A model generated the notes under the pieces. The model saw only the letters and a program-made list of their open reading frames with translations. It made no database searches and had not been told where the DNA came from. From Mobula hypostoma (Eukaryota), in NCBI RefSeq assembly GCF_963921235.1, contig NC_086109.1, positions 23,314,001 to 23,378,000 on the forward strand: DNA of 64,000 bases, written 5' to 3'. Shown here one piece after another: positions 51,459-63,114 of this stretch (position 1 is its first letter; every line of letters begins with the position of its first letter). Position numbers and translations under genes: made by a program.

Positions 51459-53715
51459 GCGGCACAGTAGCTTGGTGGTTAGTACAACGCCTTACGGTAT
51501 CAGCGACCCGGTCCTGTAAGGAGTTTGTACGTTCTCCCCGTTACCGAGTGCGGTTTTCTCCGGGTGCTCTGGTTTCCTCCCACAGTCCAAAGATGTGCCA
51601 GTTGGTAGGTTAATTGGTCTTTGTAAATTGTCCCGTGATCAGGCTGAAGTTAGACCATAAGACACAGGAGCAGAATTAGGCCATTCAGCCCATTGAGTCT
51701 GCTTTGCCATTCCATCATGGCTGATCCCAGATTCCACTGAACCCCATACACCTGTCTTCTTGCCATATCCTTTGATGCCCTGACCAATCAGGAAACAGTC
51801 AACTTACACCTTAAATCTACGCATGGACTTGGCCTCCACAGCTATCTGTGGCAGAGCATTCCACTGATACACTACTCTTTGGCAAAAAAAAATCCTCCTT
51901 ACCTCTGTTCGAAAGGGTTGCCCCTCAATTTGAGGTTGTGCCGTCTAGTTCTGGATAAACCCACCAGAGGAAACATACTTTCCACATCCACCTTGTCTAG
52001 TCCTTTCAACTTTCAGCAGGTTTCAATGAGATCCCCCTATATTCTTATAAATTCCAGTGAGTACATGCCCAATCCTGCCAATCGCTTCACATATGCTATC
52101 CTCTTCATTCCTGGAATCATCCTTGTGAACCCCCTCTGGACTCTCTCCAATGACAACATATCCTATCTGAGATATGGGGACCAAAACTGTTGACAATACT
52201 CTAAGTGTGGCCTGACTAGTGTCTTGTAAAAGCTCAGCATTATCTCCTGGCTTTTATATTCTATTCCCCTTGAAATAAATGCCAACATTGAATTTGCCTT
52301 CTTTATCACAGACTCAATCTGTAAATTGACTTTCTGGGAGTCTAGCACGAGGACTCCTAACCCCCTCTGCACCTCTGATGTTTGAACCATCTCCCCATTT
52401 AGATATAGTCCGCACTATTGTTACTTTTACCAAAATGCATTATCATACGTTTCCCAACACTATTCCATCTGACACTTCCTTGCTCATTCTTCCAATTTGT
52501 CTAATCATGCTTCAATTGCATTGTTTCCTCAGCACTACCTACCACTCCACCTCTCTTCATATTATCTGCAAACTTTGCCACAAAACCATCAATTCCATTA
52601 TCCAAATCATTGACAAACAATGTGAAAAGCAGTGGTCCCAATACTAACCCCTGAGGAAAACCACTAGTCACCGGCAGTCGACCAGAAAGGGGCCCTTTTA
52701 TTCCCACTTGCTGCCTCCTGCCTGTCAGCCATTCCGCTATCCATGCCAGTATCTTTCCTGTAATGCCATCGGATTTTATCTGGTTTAGCAGCCTCATGTG
52801 TGGCACTATATCAAATGCCTTATGAAAATCCAAGTAAATGACATCCACTGCTTGCCCACCCTGCTTGTTAATTCCTCGAAGAACACTAACAGCATTGTCA
52901 GGCAAGATTTCCCTTTACAGAAGCTATGCTGACTTTGATTTATTTTATCATTCGTCTCCAAGTACCTCGAAATCTCATCCTTAATAATAGACTCCAACAT
53001 TTTCCCAACCACTGCGGTTAGGCTAACTGGCCTATAATTTCCTTTCTTTTGCCTTTTTTCCTTCTTAAAGAGTGAAGTGACATTTGCAATCTTCCAGTCC
53101 TCTGGGACCATGCCAGAATCGAGTGATTCTTGAAAGATCATGACCAATGCGTCCATTATCTCTTCAGCAACCTCTCTCGGGATTCTGGCATGTGGTCCAT
53201 CTGACCCAGGTGACTTCTCCACCTTAAGACCTTTGAGTTTGTCTCATACTATTTCCTTTTTTATAGCAATGTCACTCACTCTGGCTCCCTGACACTCATG
53301 GACCTCTGGCACACTGTTAGTATCATCCACAGTGAAGACAGATATGAAGTATCCATTAAATTCATCTGCTATTTCTTTGTCCCCCATTACTATCTCATCG
53401 GCATCATTTTCCAGTGGTCTAATATCAACTCTCACCTTCCTTTTACTCTTTATATAACTGAAAAATCTTCTAGTATCCTGCTTTATATTATTGGCTAGTC
53501 TGCCTTTGTACTTCATCTTTTCCCTTCTTATAGCTTTTTTAGTTGCATTTTGTTGGATTTTAAAAGCTTCCCAATCATCCAACTTCCCACTCACTTTTGC
53601 TACCTTATATGCCCTTTCCTTGGCTTTTATGCAGTTAAGTCGGGAGTTGCTGTGTGGCATGACTCGAAGGGCCAGAAAGACTTGTTCTGTGCTGTATCTC
53701 AATAAATAAATAAAT
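51459..53715 (+). mobile_element. HE1/V-SINE-like SINE split by a CR1 insertion
   Basis: SINE head and core at 51459-51652; tail at 53638-53715 ending (AATA)n; agtta duplicated at 51648-51652 and 53633-53637. Confidence 0.8.
51653..53632 (-). mobile_element. 5'-truncated CR1 LINE (frameshifted RT)
   Basis: PEDWKIANV, NYRPVSLT, YLDFHKAFD, GFPQGLVLGPLLF, KFADN, RPHLEYCQQFWSP. Confidence 0.92.
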
Positions 53716-54665
53716 TAAAATATGTAAATACATAACTGTAGTCACTGTTTCAAGTTTAACCTTGATTACTGCCAAAGGAGTAAAGGACAAGACTGATATC
53801 AGGTCTACATTCCCAGTTCTGATAAGGGCTGAAGATCTGACGACTGCCTCCCTTTCCACCTCTGTTGCCTGACTTGCTGAGTTTTTTCCCCAGCATTTTC
53901 TGCTTGTCAAAGTTATACAGCACAGGAACAGGCCCCTCAGCCATGCTGACCAAGATGTCTGCTGAGCCAGTCCTATTGTCTTTTATTTGGCCGTATCCCC
54001 CTCAAACTTTTCTGCCCATGTACTTCTCTAAGTATCTTTTAAGCATTGGAATTGGATCCACCACTATAACTTCCACTGGCATCTCACACTACCCTCTGTG
54101 GGGAAAGACTTTCTCCTTTCACCTTAAATCCTCTAGTTTTACAATCCCCTACCCTAGGGAAAGCAAAGACTATGTCTATCCACCCTGTTCTGATTAAGGG
54201 TCTCGACCCAAAATGTCAACTGTTTATTCATTTCCATAGGTGTTACCTGGCCTGCTGAGCTCCTGCAGCATTTTGTGTGTGTTGCTCTAGATTTCCTGTA
54301 TCTGCATAATCTCTGGGACAATGATTCTCTACCTTATCTATGCCTTGGAAGATCATACCTCCATCCCATGTGCTCCAAGCAGTAATGTCCCTGTCTTTCC
54401 TTATAACACAAGCCCTCCAGTCCCGGTAACATCCCTGTAACTCCTTTATGCACCCTTTCCAGATTAATGACATCTCTCCTAGAGCTAGACAACTGGAACT
54501 TGTCCTGTTGAAGGTCTTGACCCAACATGTTGGCTGTCCATTCCCTTTCATGGATCCTGTCTGACCTGCTGAGTTCATCTAGCTTTTTGAGTGTGGCTCC
54601 AGATTCCAGCGTTTGCTCTCTCTTTTGTGTCACCAGTTTGGACAGTACTTCTAAGTGTTATTGTA

Positions 54666-55129
54666 TGAGGGGTGATTGATAAGCTCGTGGCCTGAGGTAG
54701 AAGGAGTCAATTTTAGAAAACCTAGCACATTTATTTCTCAACATAGTCCCCTCCTACATTTACACACTTAGTCCAGCGGTCGTGGAGCATACGGATCCTG
54801 GACCTCCAGAAAGTGGTCCACAGCATGGGTGATTGATAAGTTTGTGGCCTAAGGTAGAAGGAGATGAGTTATTAACTTCAAACTTTCTGCATAATCACTC
54901 AAAGAGTTGAACTGCATGTGCATGTAACGAGAGCTGTATAACTCATCGCCTTCTACCTTATCAATCACCTCTGCTGTGGGCCTTTCTGGAGGTTCAAGAT
55001 CCGTATGCTCGACAACTGCTGGACTAAGTGTGTAAATGTAGGAGGGGACTATGTTGAAAAATAAATGTGCTAGGTTTTCTAAAATTGACTCCTTCTACCT
55101 TAGGCCACAAACTTATCAATCACCCATCG
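54666..55129. mobile_element. Mariner/Tc1-type MITE with long (~200 bp) inverted arms
   Basis: TA + tgaggggtgattgataag... and ...cttatcaatcacccatcg; arms are near-perfect reverse complements; inserted in a CR1 3' UTR. Confidence 0.9.
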
Positions 55130-56235
55130 TTCCTGCCCCAACCACTACCTCTGGCAACTTGTTCCATACATGCATCACCCTCTGCATCTCATCAATGATT
55201 TCTACAGTTGCAATATGATGTCTCAACTCCTGTACCCAGTGCCCTGACTGATGAAGGCAAGCATGCCAAATGTTTTCTTCACCATCCTGTGTTGCCACTT
55301 TCAGGGAACTACTGTATCTACCTGTCCTCCCAAGTCTCTGTTTGCCTTATTGCTGTCAGATGATGCATTTTGGTGGGGGGGGGGGATGGACTACAAACTG
55401 CCCTCTGCAAATCACAACAACTCAAAAAGTGTATTTAAAATAGTAAGTCCTGTCTTAGCCCATCTCTTTTGCCAATTGCCGTAAATCTGTGTTCCTGTTT
55501 ATTAACAGCACTGCCACTGAGAACAATTTCTCCTTGTTCTCTCTGCAAAAGGTTTGTTGAGCGCTTCTCTTTATTTATTTATTTCAGTTGGGTTTGAATT
55601 ATTTCTAGTTTGCACCAGACAAAGGTCTATCTGTTTCAATGACTGAACAGTGAAAGGAAGATGAGGGAAAGAAAGATGCCAATGAAATGAGGAAATGAGT
55701 GGAAAAGCAAAATAACTGGAGCAAGGAAATGGAGTTCCTATACTCCTTCATACAGGCAACATGCAAAACGCAGGAGCAACTCAACAGCATCAATGGAGGG
55801 AGATGACCATTCGACATTATCAGGCTGAGACCTTTCGTCAGCACTGCTCAGCTTGAAACCTTGACTACTTATTTCTCCCCCTTGATGCTATCCGGCCTGC
55901 TGAGTTTCTGTTTTGTTCAAGATTTCCAGCATCTGCAGTCTCTCGTGTTCTCCATCCTGTGTACAGAACTGCTTTCTTAGTGGGGAATGCCCAAGTGCAG
56001 GTAAAAGTAGGGGAATATTCAACTTGAGAGCAATCATGGATATTAGTATAACAAACTGAGGTGTGTCAGGCTAACCAACTGGATAAAAGCCAAATTTGAT
56101 CATTAACTTCCTCACATTTCTTTACCATACAAAACAAGTCCATGTGGATCATCGAGTTTTAAGTCTTAAACTTACACCAGCTCTTGGATCAATCCCATCA
56201 GCCTCATTCTCCTAGTGTATGTTATCACTGCAAAC

Positions 56236-56442
56236 AAATAAACTCTTCTTGGCTTTCCAACCAGTCAATCCTGATTGGAACGACAGGGGTATAAGTACCA
56301 CCGAACTAGATATGCCCAGGCATCATCCCGGATGAAGATGGCAGAATTTGTCACCGAAACATTGGTTAAAATGATACCTGTACCCGCCTTGAAGCTCGAG
56401 AAGAGGTTATTCATCATATATGCTTGGAAAGCACTAGGTCCT
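56236..56442 (+). mobile_element. 207-bp insertion from a second Penelope-like family
   Basis: 14-bp TSD ttatcactgcaaac (56222-56235, 56443-56456); degenerate hammerhead cggatgaagatggcagaatttgtcaccgaaacatt; partial internal inverted repeat. Confidence 0.7.
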
Positions 56443-57160
56443 TTATCACTGCAAACCTTTCCTTCCAGCCTAATCTTTCTCGTATGCCCTACCACCTAAC
56501 AATACATGGTGACAGGGCATGTGAGAGAGAGAGAGTAGACTGGAGGGAAGACTGTAGCCAATGAACTTACACCTTTGGAATGTGGTGGGGAAACCAGAGC
56601 ACCTAGGGAAATGCACATGGTCACAGGGAAGATGTCTGCAAACTTCTCAGACAATATGAGATCGGAATCACACCTGGGTCACTGGAGTGCGAGGCAGTAG
56701 CAACATCTCTAATATTCAGAGTATAACTTGAGGCAAATATATTAAATAAGACTTTTAGAATTTGAATGAGAAATATTTAGAATTGGATAATTTGCTCAGG
56801 AAAATTGTAGCTTACTAAAAATCGGGAGTAACTTAACTTCCAGTGAAACATTACTGATGAGTAGAAAATTGAAAAAATTCTAAATTTAAAGAAATTAAGT
56901 ACTAAGTAGGTAGACAGCAGGAGACAGCATAACAGAGAGCAATACAAAGCAATTAACAGAGATTGTCAAGAGATTCTATGGTGTAAAATGATCAATGAAT
57001 ATTGAACAAAATAGAAAATCATCCATGCTGTAAGCATGGGAGCTAAAATTATGAAAATAAAAACTGGAATTGGACAACTGAAAGATGGGCAAGCAAACAT
57101 CATAAAGAATGATAAAGAAATGTCGGAAATATTTAATAATTGCTTCATTTACCAGGGAGA

Positions 57161-57671
57161 TACACTCAGTGGCCACTATATTGGGTTCACTTGTCCTTCT
57201 GCTCATGAATGCAAATATCTAATCAGCCAATCATGTGGGAGTAACTCAGTGCAGAAAAGCACGTAGACATAGTCAAGGGGTTCAGTTGTTGATCAGACCA
57301 AACACCAGAAAGGGGAAAAAATGTGATCAAAGTGATGTTAACAGTAGAATGGTTGTTGGTGCCAGATAGGGTGGATTGGTGAGTATCTCAGAAACTGCTG
57401 ACATTCTGGGATTCTTATGCACACCAGTCTCCCGAGTTTACAGAGAATGGTGTGAAGAGCAAAAATGTGCAGTGAGTGGCAGTTCTGCGGGTGAAATCGC
57501 CTTGTTCATGAAAGGTCAGAGGAGACTGGCCAGACAGCTGACCAGAAGGTGACAGTAACTCAAATAAGCATATGTTACAACAGCGCCATGAATGTACAAA
57601 ACTTTAAGTGGATGGGCTATAGCAGCAGTAAACCACAAACATACATTCAGTGGCCACTTATTCGGTATAGG
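57161..57671 (+). mobile_element. Tc1-derived non-autonomous element within an old CR1 (about 56760-58250)
   Basis: tacactcagtggccact terminus; transposase N-terminal remnant MVVGAR...SISETADILGF...VSRVYREW; related pieces at 24110-24235 and 31044-31112. Confidence 0.8.
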
Positions 57672-59563
57672 AGAGCCACTGATTGTATACAACATATAAA
57701 GTAATTAAAATTAAAAAAAACCCTAAATATTTAATGAACTGGCCTAATGTGAAGAAGGATAGAACTTTAATTCAGAAGAGTTCCATTATACATTTTAGAA
57801 GAATCTTAGAAGAGGAAATAGAGGCACTATTATACATGGTTAATAATTCATTCAATAATGCCAGAGGACTGGTGGTGCAATATTTATGAAGAAAGACAGA
57901 ACACATCCACCAAATTACAGAATAATAAGTAATAATATGTTGTTGAGAAAGTATTCAAATTTTAACCAAATGTGAAAGTAGAAAAAAAATAGAGAAATAA
58001 AATGTAATAATGAATATCATACATTTCAAAAAGGGAAGTCTTGCCTGAGGAAATAACGTTATTATTTAAAGAAATAACGTTATTTAAAGAAGAAACACAA
58101 ATAATGGATAAGGCTAATTCATTGTTGTAGGCCCCTACAGGGTGGAAGGGGGTGAGGATATTTTCCCCTGGTTTGTGAGTCTAGGGCCAGAGGTCATAGT
58201 CTCAGGATAAGGGTAGGTGGTTTAGAAATTAAATGGGGGAGGTGGATTAAGTTGTAGAGTTGTACAGCATAGAAAGAGACTTTGGTTCACTGTGTCCACA
58301 ATGACCATCAGGCTTGTCTCTCTACTTATTCCTCTTTGTTGCATTAGGTCCATATTCCTCTATGCCCTGCTCATTCCAATAGTTGGTCAGATGCCTCTCA
58401 AATGTTGTTACTGTTTCTGCCTCCTCCACATCCTCTGGCATCTCATTCTGGATACTAATTACTTTTTGTGTGAAAATTTTACACCTAATTAAGCCGACTG
58501 CTTCTCATCTTAAACCTATGCAATCTGGTTTTGGATACCCCTACCATGAGAAACAGACACTGCTATCAACACTATCTGTGCCTCTCAGATAATTTTATCA
58601 TGCCTAATTTTGCTCCAGGGAAACAGACCCAACCTATCCAATCCCACTATATAATTTAAACCCTCTAATCCGGACAACATCCTTGTGAATCTTTTCTGCA
58701 CCCAATTTAACTTAATCACTTTTTCCCCTGCAGTATTTTGATCAGAGATGTACACATACTCCAAGTGTGGTCTAATTAACGGTTTGTATGACTGTAATAT
58801 GACATCCTACCTCTTATCCTCAGTGCCTCAGCTGATGGTGCATGCATGTAGTGTGCCTTTGTCACCATCCTGTCCAGCTGTCTTGCTATTTTCAGGGACT
58901 TGCATCGTTGTACCCCTAGGTATGTCTGTTTAACAACGCTCTCTAGGGATCTGCCACTCACTGTGTATCTTCTGCCCTGGTTTAACTTCCTAAAATGCAC
59001 CACTTTGTTCTGTGACGAAGGGACAATGTCCTTTGCCCACTTTCCATTGATCAATATCCTGTTGCAACCTTGGATAACTGTCTTCACAGTCTAGTGTACC
59101 ATCAGTTCTGGCGTCATCTGCAAGCTTACTAATTATACCACCGATATTCTCATCCAGATCATTAATATATATGACAAACAATGGGGCACACATCTAGTAA
59201 CAGGCCTTTACTCTGAGAAACAGCCTTCCACTATTGCCCTCTGCCTCCTATCACCAAGCCAACTCTTTATCCAATTGGTTAGCTCACTCTTAATCCCATG
59301 TGCTCTTACCCTCTGGACCAGCAAACCATGTGAGACTTTGTCAAAGGCTTTGCTAAAGTTCACATAGACCATCTCAATTGCCTTTGCCAATCTTCCTAGC
59401 TACCTCTTCAAAAAGCTCAAATTCATGTCCGATGATTTCCCACATAAAAAGCCATCCCTTCTATCAGACAACAGGAATTCTGCAGATGCTGGAAATTCAA
59501 GCAACACACATCAAAGTTGCTAGTGAACGCAGCAGGCCAAGCAGCATCTGTAGGAAGAGGTGC

Positions 59564-59599
59564 AGTCGACGTTTCAGGCCGAGACCCTTCGTCAGGACT
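59564..59599 (-). ncRNA. Minimal type I hammerhead ribozyme motif (intact core)
   Basis: AGUC CUGACGA A GGGU-CUCG-GCCU GAAA C GUC^GACU; helix I AGUC/GACU; palindromic ACGU in place of helix III. Confidence 0.8.
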
Positions 59600-59895
59600 A
59601 ACTGAAGGAAGAGTGAGTAAGGGATTTGAAAGTTGGAGGGGGAGGGGGAGATCCAAAATGATAGGAGAAGACAGGAGGGGGAGGGATAGAGCCAAGAGCT
59701 GGACAGGTGATAGGCAAAAGGGGATACGAGAGGATCATGGGACAGGAGGTCCGGGAAGAAAGCCAAGGCGGCGGGGGGGACCCAGAGGATGGGCAAGAGG
59801 TATATTCAGAGCGACAGAGGGAGAAAAAGGAGATTGAGAGAAAGAATGTGTGCATAAAAATAAGTAACAGATGGGGTACGAGGGGGAGGTGGGGC

Positions 59896-61064
59896 CTAGC
59901 GGAAGTTAGAGAAGTCGATGTTCATGCCATCAGGTTGGAGGCTACCCAGATGGAATATAAGGTGTTGTTCCTCCAACCTGAGTGTGGCTTCATCTTTACA
60001 GTAGAGGAGGCCGTGGATAGACATGTCAGAATGGGAATGGGATGTGGAATTAAAATGTGTGGCCACTGGGAGATCCTGCTTTCTCTGGCGGACAGAGCGT
60101 AGATGTTCAGCAAAGCGGTCTCCCAGTCTGCGTCGGGTCTCGCCAATATATAAAAGGCCACATCGGGAGCACCGGACGCAGTATATCTCCTCAGTCGACT
60201 CACAGGTGAAGTGTTGCCTCACCTGGAAGGACTGTTTGGGGCCCTGAATGGTGGTAAGGGAGGAAGTGTAAGGGCATGTGTAGCACTTGTTCTGCTTACA
60301 TGGATAAGTGCCAGGAGGGAGATCAGTGGGGAGGGATGGGGGGGACGAATGGACAAGGGAGTTGTGTAGGGAGCGATCCCTGTGGAATGCAGAGGGGGGG
60401 AGGGAAAGATGTGCTTGGTGGTGGGATCCCGTTGGAGGTGGCGGAAGTTACGGAGAATAATATGTTGGACCCGGAGGCTGGTGGGGTGGTAGGTGAGGAC
60501 CAGGGGAACCCTATTCCTAGTGGGGTGGCGGGAGGATGGAGTGAGAGCAGATGTACGTGAAATGGGGGAGATGCGTTTAAGAGCAGAGTTGATAGTGGAG
60601 GAAGGGAAGCCCCTTTCTTTAAAAAAGGAAGACATCTCCCTCGTCCTAGAATGAAAAGCCTCATCCTGAGAGCAGATGTGGTGGAGACGGAGGAATTGCG
60701 AGAAGGGGATGGCGTTTTTGCAAGAGACAGGGTGAGAAGAGGAATAGTCCAGATAGTTGTGAGAGTCAGTAGGCTTATAGTAGACATCAGTGGATAAGCT
60801 GTCTCCAGAGACAGAGACAGAAAGATCTAGAAAGGGGAGGGAGGTGTCGGAAATGGACCAGGTAAACTTGAGGGCAGGGTGAAAGTTGGAGGCAAAGTTA
60901 ATAAAGTCAACGAGTTCTGCATGCGTGCAGGAAGCAGCGCCAATGCAGTCATCGATGTAGCGAAGGAAAAGTGGGGGACAGATACCAGAATAGGCACGGA
61001 ACATAGATTGTTCCACAAAGCCAACAAAAAGGCAGGCATAGCTAGGACCCATACAGGTGCCCAT
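59896..61064 (-). pseudogene. Penelope RT plus GIY-YIG endonuclease, truncated, frameshifted near 60390
   Basis: MGTCMGPSYACLF, FLRYIDD, FLDL, YKPTD; IYCVRCSRCGLLYIGET...RF.EH. Confidence 0.9.
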
Positions 61065-63114
61065 AGCTACACCTTTAGTTTGGTTAGCCTTCTATCAGAC
61101 CTTCTCTTTCCAGATGTAGGTAAATTATGTCTCTCAGAATACCTTCTTAAAAACTTTCCACCACTAATGTAAGGCTCACCGGCCTGTCATGTCCCTGCTG
61201 CCATTCTGAAACAAAGGCACAGCTTCCACTTTTACCTCTGCCAGGGCCCTAACAATCTTCCTATTTTGTTCCAGGACCTTCCATACCTCCTCCTTCATAA
61301 GGTTGATATGCTGTAGGATATCAAAAACTCATGACCTTTCATGTGCTTCTCCACTGTAAATATGGGCAAGAAGTACTGATTTCAGACCCCACCCAGTCCC
61401 CATCACTCCATGTTGATTCTTGAGGGGATCTACTTTCTCCCCCGCTGACCTTTTAGTATACTTACAGAACCTTTTGGATTCTTCTTCATCTCATCTGCTG
61501 GAACATCTTGAGACCCTTTTTGCTCTTCTAATTTCCTTTTTCAAGTGTTCTCATATCTTCATTATATTCTTCATCTCAATACCTGACAGATGCCCTTTTC
61601 TTCCTGAGCAGATCCTCAATATCACTCATTTACCAAGGGCCTCTACTCTTGCCAGCCTTGCCCTTCAATCTAACAGGAACACTAGCCCTGCTCTCTCCTT
61701 ATCTCACTTTTTAAAAGCCTCCCACTTGCTTTGTCTGCAAACGGCCACTCCCAATCAACTCCCAATTGCATGGCCTTTATTTGAACTGATACTGTCTTAC
61801 CCCAGTTTAGAAAAGGGCACATCCCTCATAATTATGTCCCTCATAATTCTATACACCTTTATAAGATCACTTCTTTTACCTTGAAAATCTGCATCGATTG
61901 AACATGACATAAGAATTAGGAGTAAGTGTAGACCATCTGGCCTTTCTAAACCTTTCCACCAATCTTCAACATTTTACCTCAGTGCCATCTTCCTGTGCTA
62001 CCGCAACACCACGCGATTCTTCAATATCCTGACATCTACCAACCAGTGTCTTGAAAAAGCTTTCACCTTCTGGCCTAATCTACTTGTTACATCCTCAGTA
62101 CTGACACTGTATACAGTAAATACACTGTTACATTGTGCAAAGCCCACACAAGCAACAAATAATGAAAAGCTGAGGGTGGGGGGGGGGCGGTTGGCATGGT
62201 GGAAGAGCAGACTCATTCAGCAGTTCTGAAGATTTACCCAGTGATAAAGTTAAAGCAATTAAAGCAGTTTAATAGGCCCAGCAAGAAGATACAAAATATA
62301 AAATGGAGGCAATTTCTGGTGAAGCAGCCATTTGGAGAAGGGCTATTTTGAGACTGATACCTAACTTGAGGCCCAAGTGTGGTGGGTTTTAGTAAGGAGT
62401 TCTAATGATCCATTAAGATGGTGATGCATTCATGGAGTCAACTGAAAGTGTTATTGTCCTTTTTAAGTGTTTTTTTTTATGATCACAAGATCCTGCTGGA
62501 TATTAAGAACTTGAAGTACCACATGGTAGCGTAACGACCAGCGTGACATTATTATGACTTGGGGGGGGGTCGGCGTTCGGAGTTCAATCCCAGCATCCCC
62601 TGTAAGGAGTTTGTACGTCCTCCCTGAGAAACGTTTGGGTTTTCTCCATGTGCTCCAGTTTCCTTATCTCAAAATGCCTGAGCAAATCAAAATGCCTGGC
62701 ACTGATCTCCCTATCCTCCATGTCATTCTCCTTGGTAAATACTGATGCATCTTACCTGCATACTCTGCATCCAAGCAAATGTTCTACCTTTTATCCAACA
62801 CTTTCCCTAGTTATCCTTTTGCTGCTAATGTATGTATAGAAGGCATACATCCTACTTGCCAAGGGCTTTCATAGCCCCTGCTGGCTTTCCTAATTCCCTC
62901 TTGAGTTCTTTTCTGGCTTCTCTATTATTATGAATGGCTCTTTGATTCCAGCTTCCTATGCTTTTCATACTTTTCCTTTTACTTCTTGACTAAATTCATC
63001 ACCTCTCTGAACATCCAAGGTTCTCTTATCCCTTCCCTCTGACTGGAACACACCTGCCCTATTCTCTGTGCAGCTGGTCTTTAAATATGGCTCCAATGCT
63101 ATATTTAATTTTGC

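Larger units (their letters stand above)
59470..61087 (-). mobile_element. Young 5'-truncated Penelope-like element
   Basis: 13-bp TSD ccttctatcagac (59457-59469, 61088-61100); RT plus GIY-YIG coding region; hammerhead-containing terminus. Confidence 0.95.
58260..61880 (-). mobile_element. Old CR1 LINE interrupted by a Penelope element
   Basis: VYVNFSKAFDKV, FVIYINDLDEN..KLADD, KVVHF motifs at 58.8-59.4 kb; decayed CR1-like sequence resumes after 61100. Confidence 0.75.

Noticed and set aside
51459..51520. tRNA gene
   Set aside because: tRNA-derived SINE head; no complete cloverleaf, and it continues into the SINE core.
45050..53632. Two oppositely oriented CR1 copies flanking the promoter as one composite element
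   Set aside because: They are clearly diverged, have different truncation points, and one has its own TSD; independent insertions.
2941..59600. Recurrent ~36-nt motif as a CRISPR repeat
   Set aside because: Copies are dispersed, on both strands, with no regular spacers or cas genes, in eukaryotic DNA.
19272..59837. Recurring ORFs with SVSPDEGSRPETS / NAAGQAASLGRG peptides as a protein family
   Set aside because: They are translations of the non-coding Penelope terminus (hammerhead region) on either strand.
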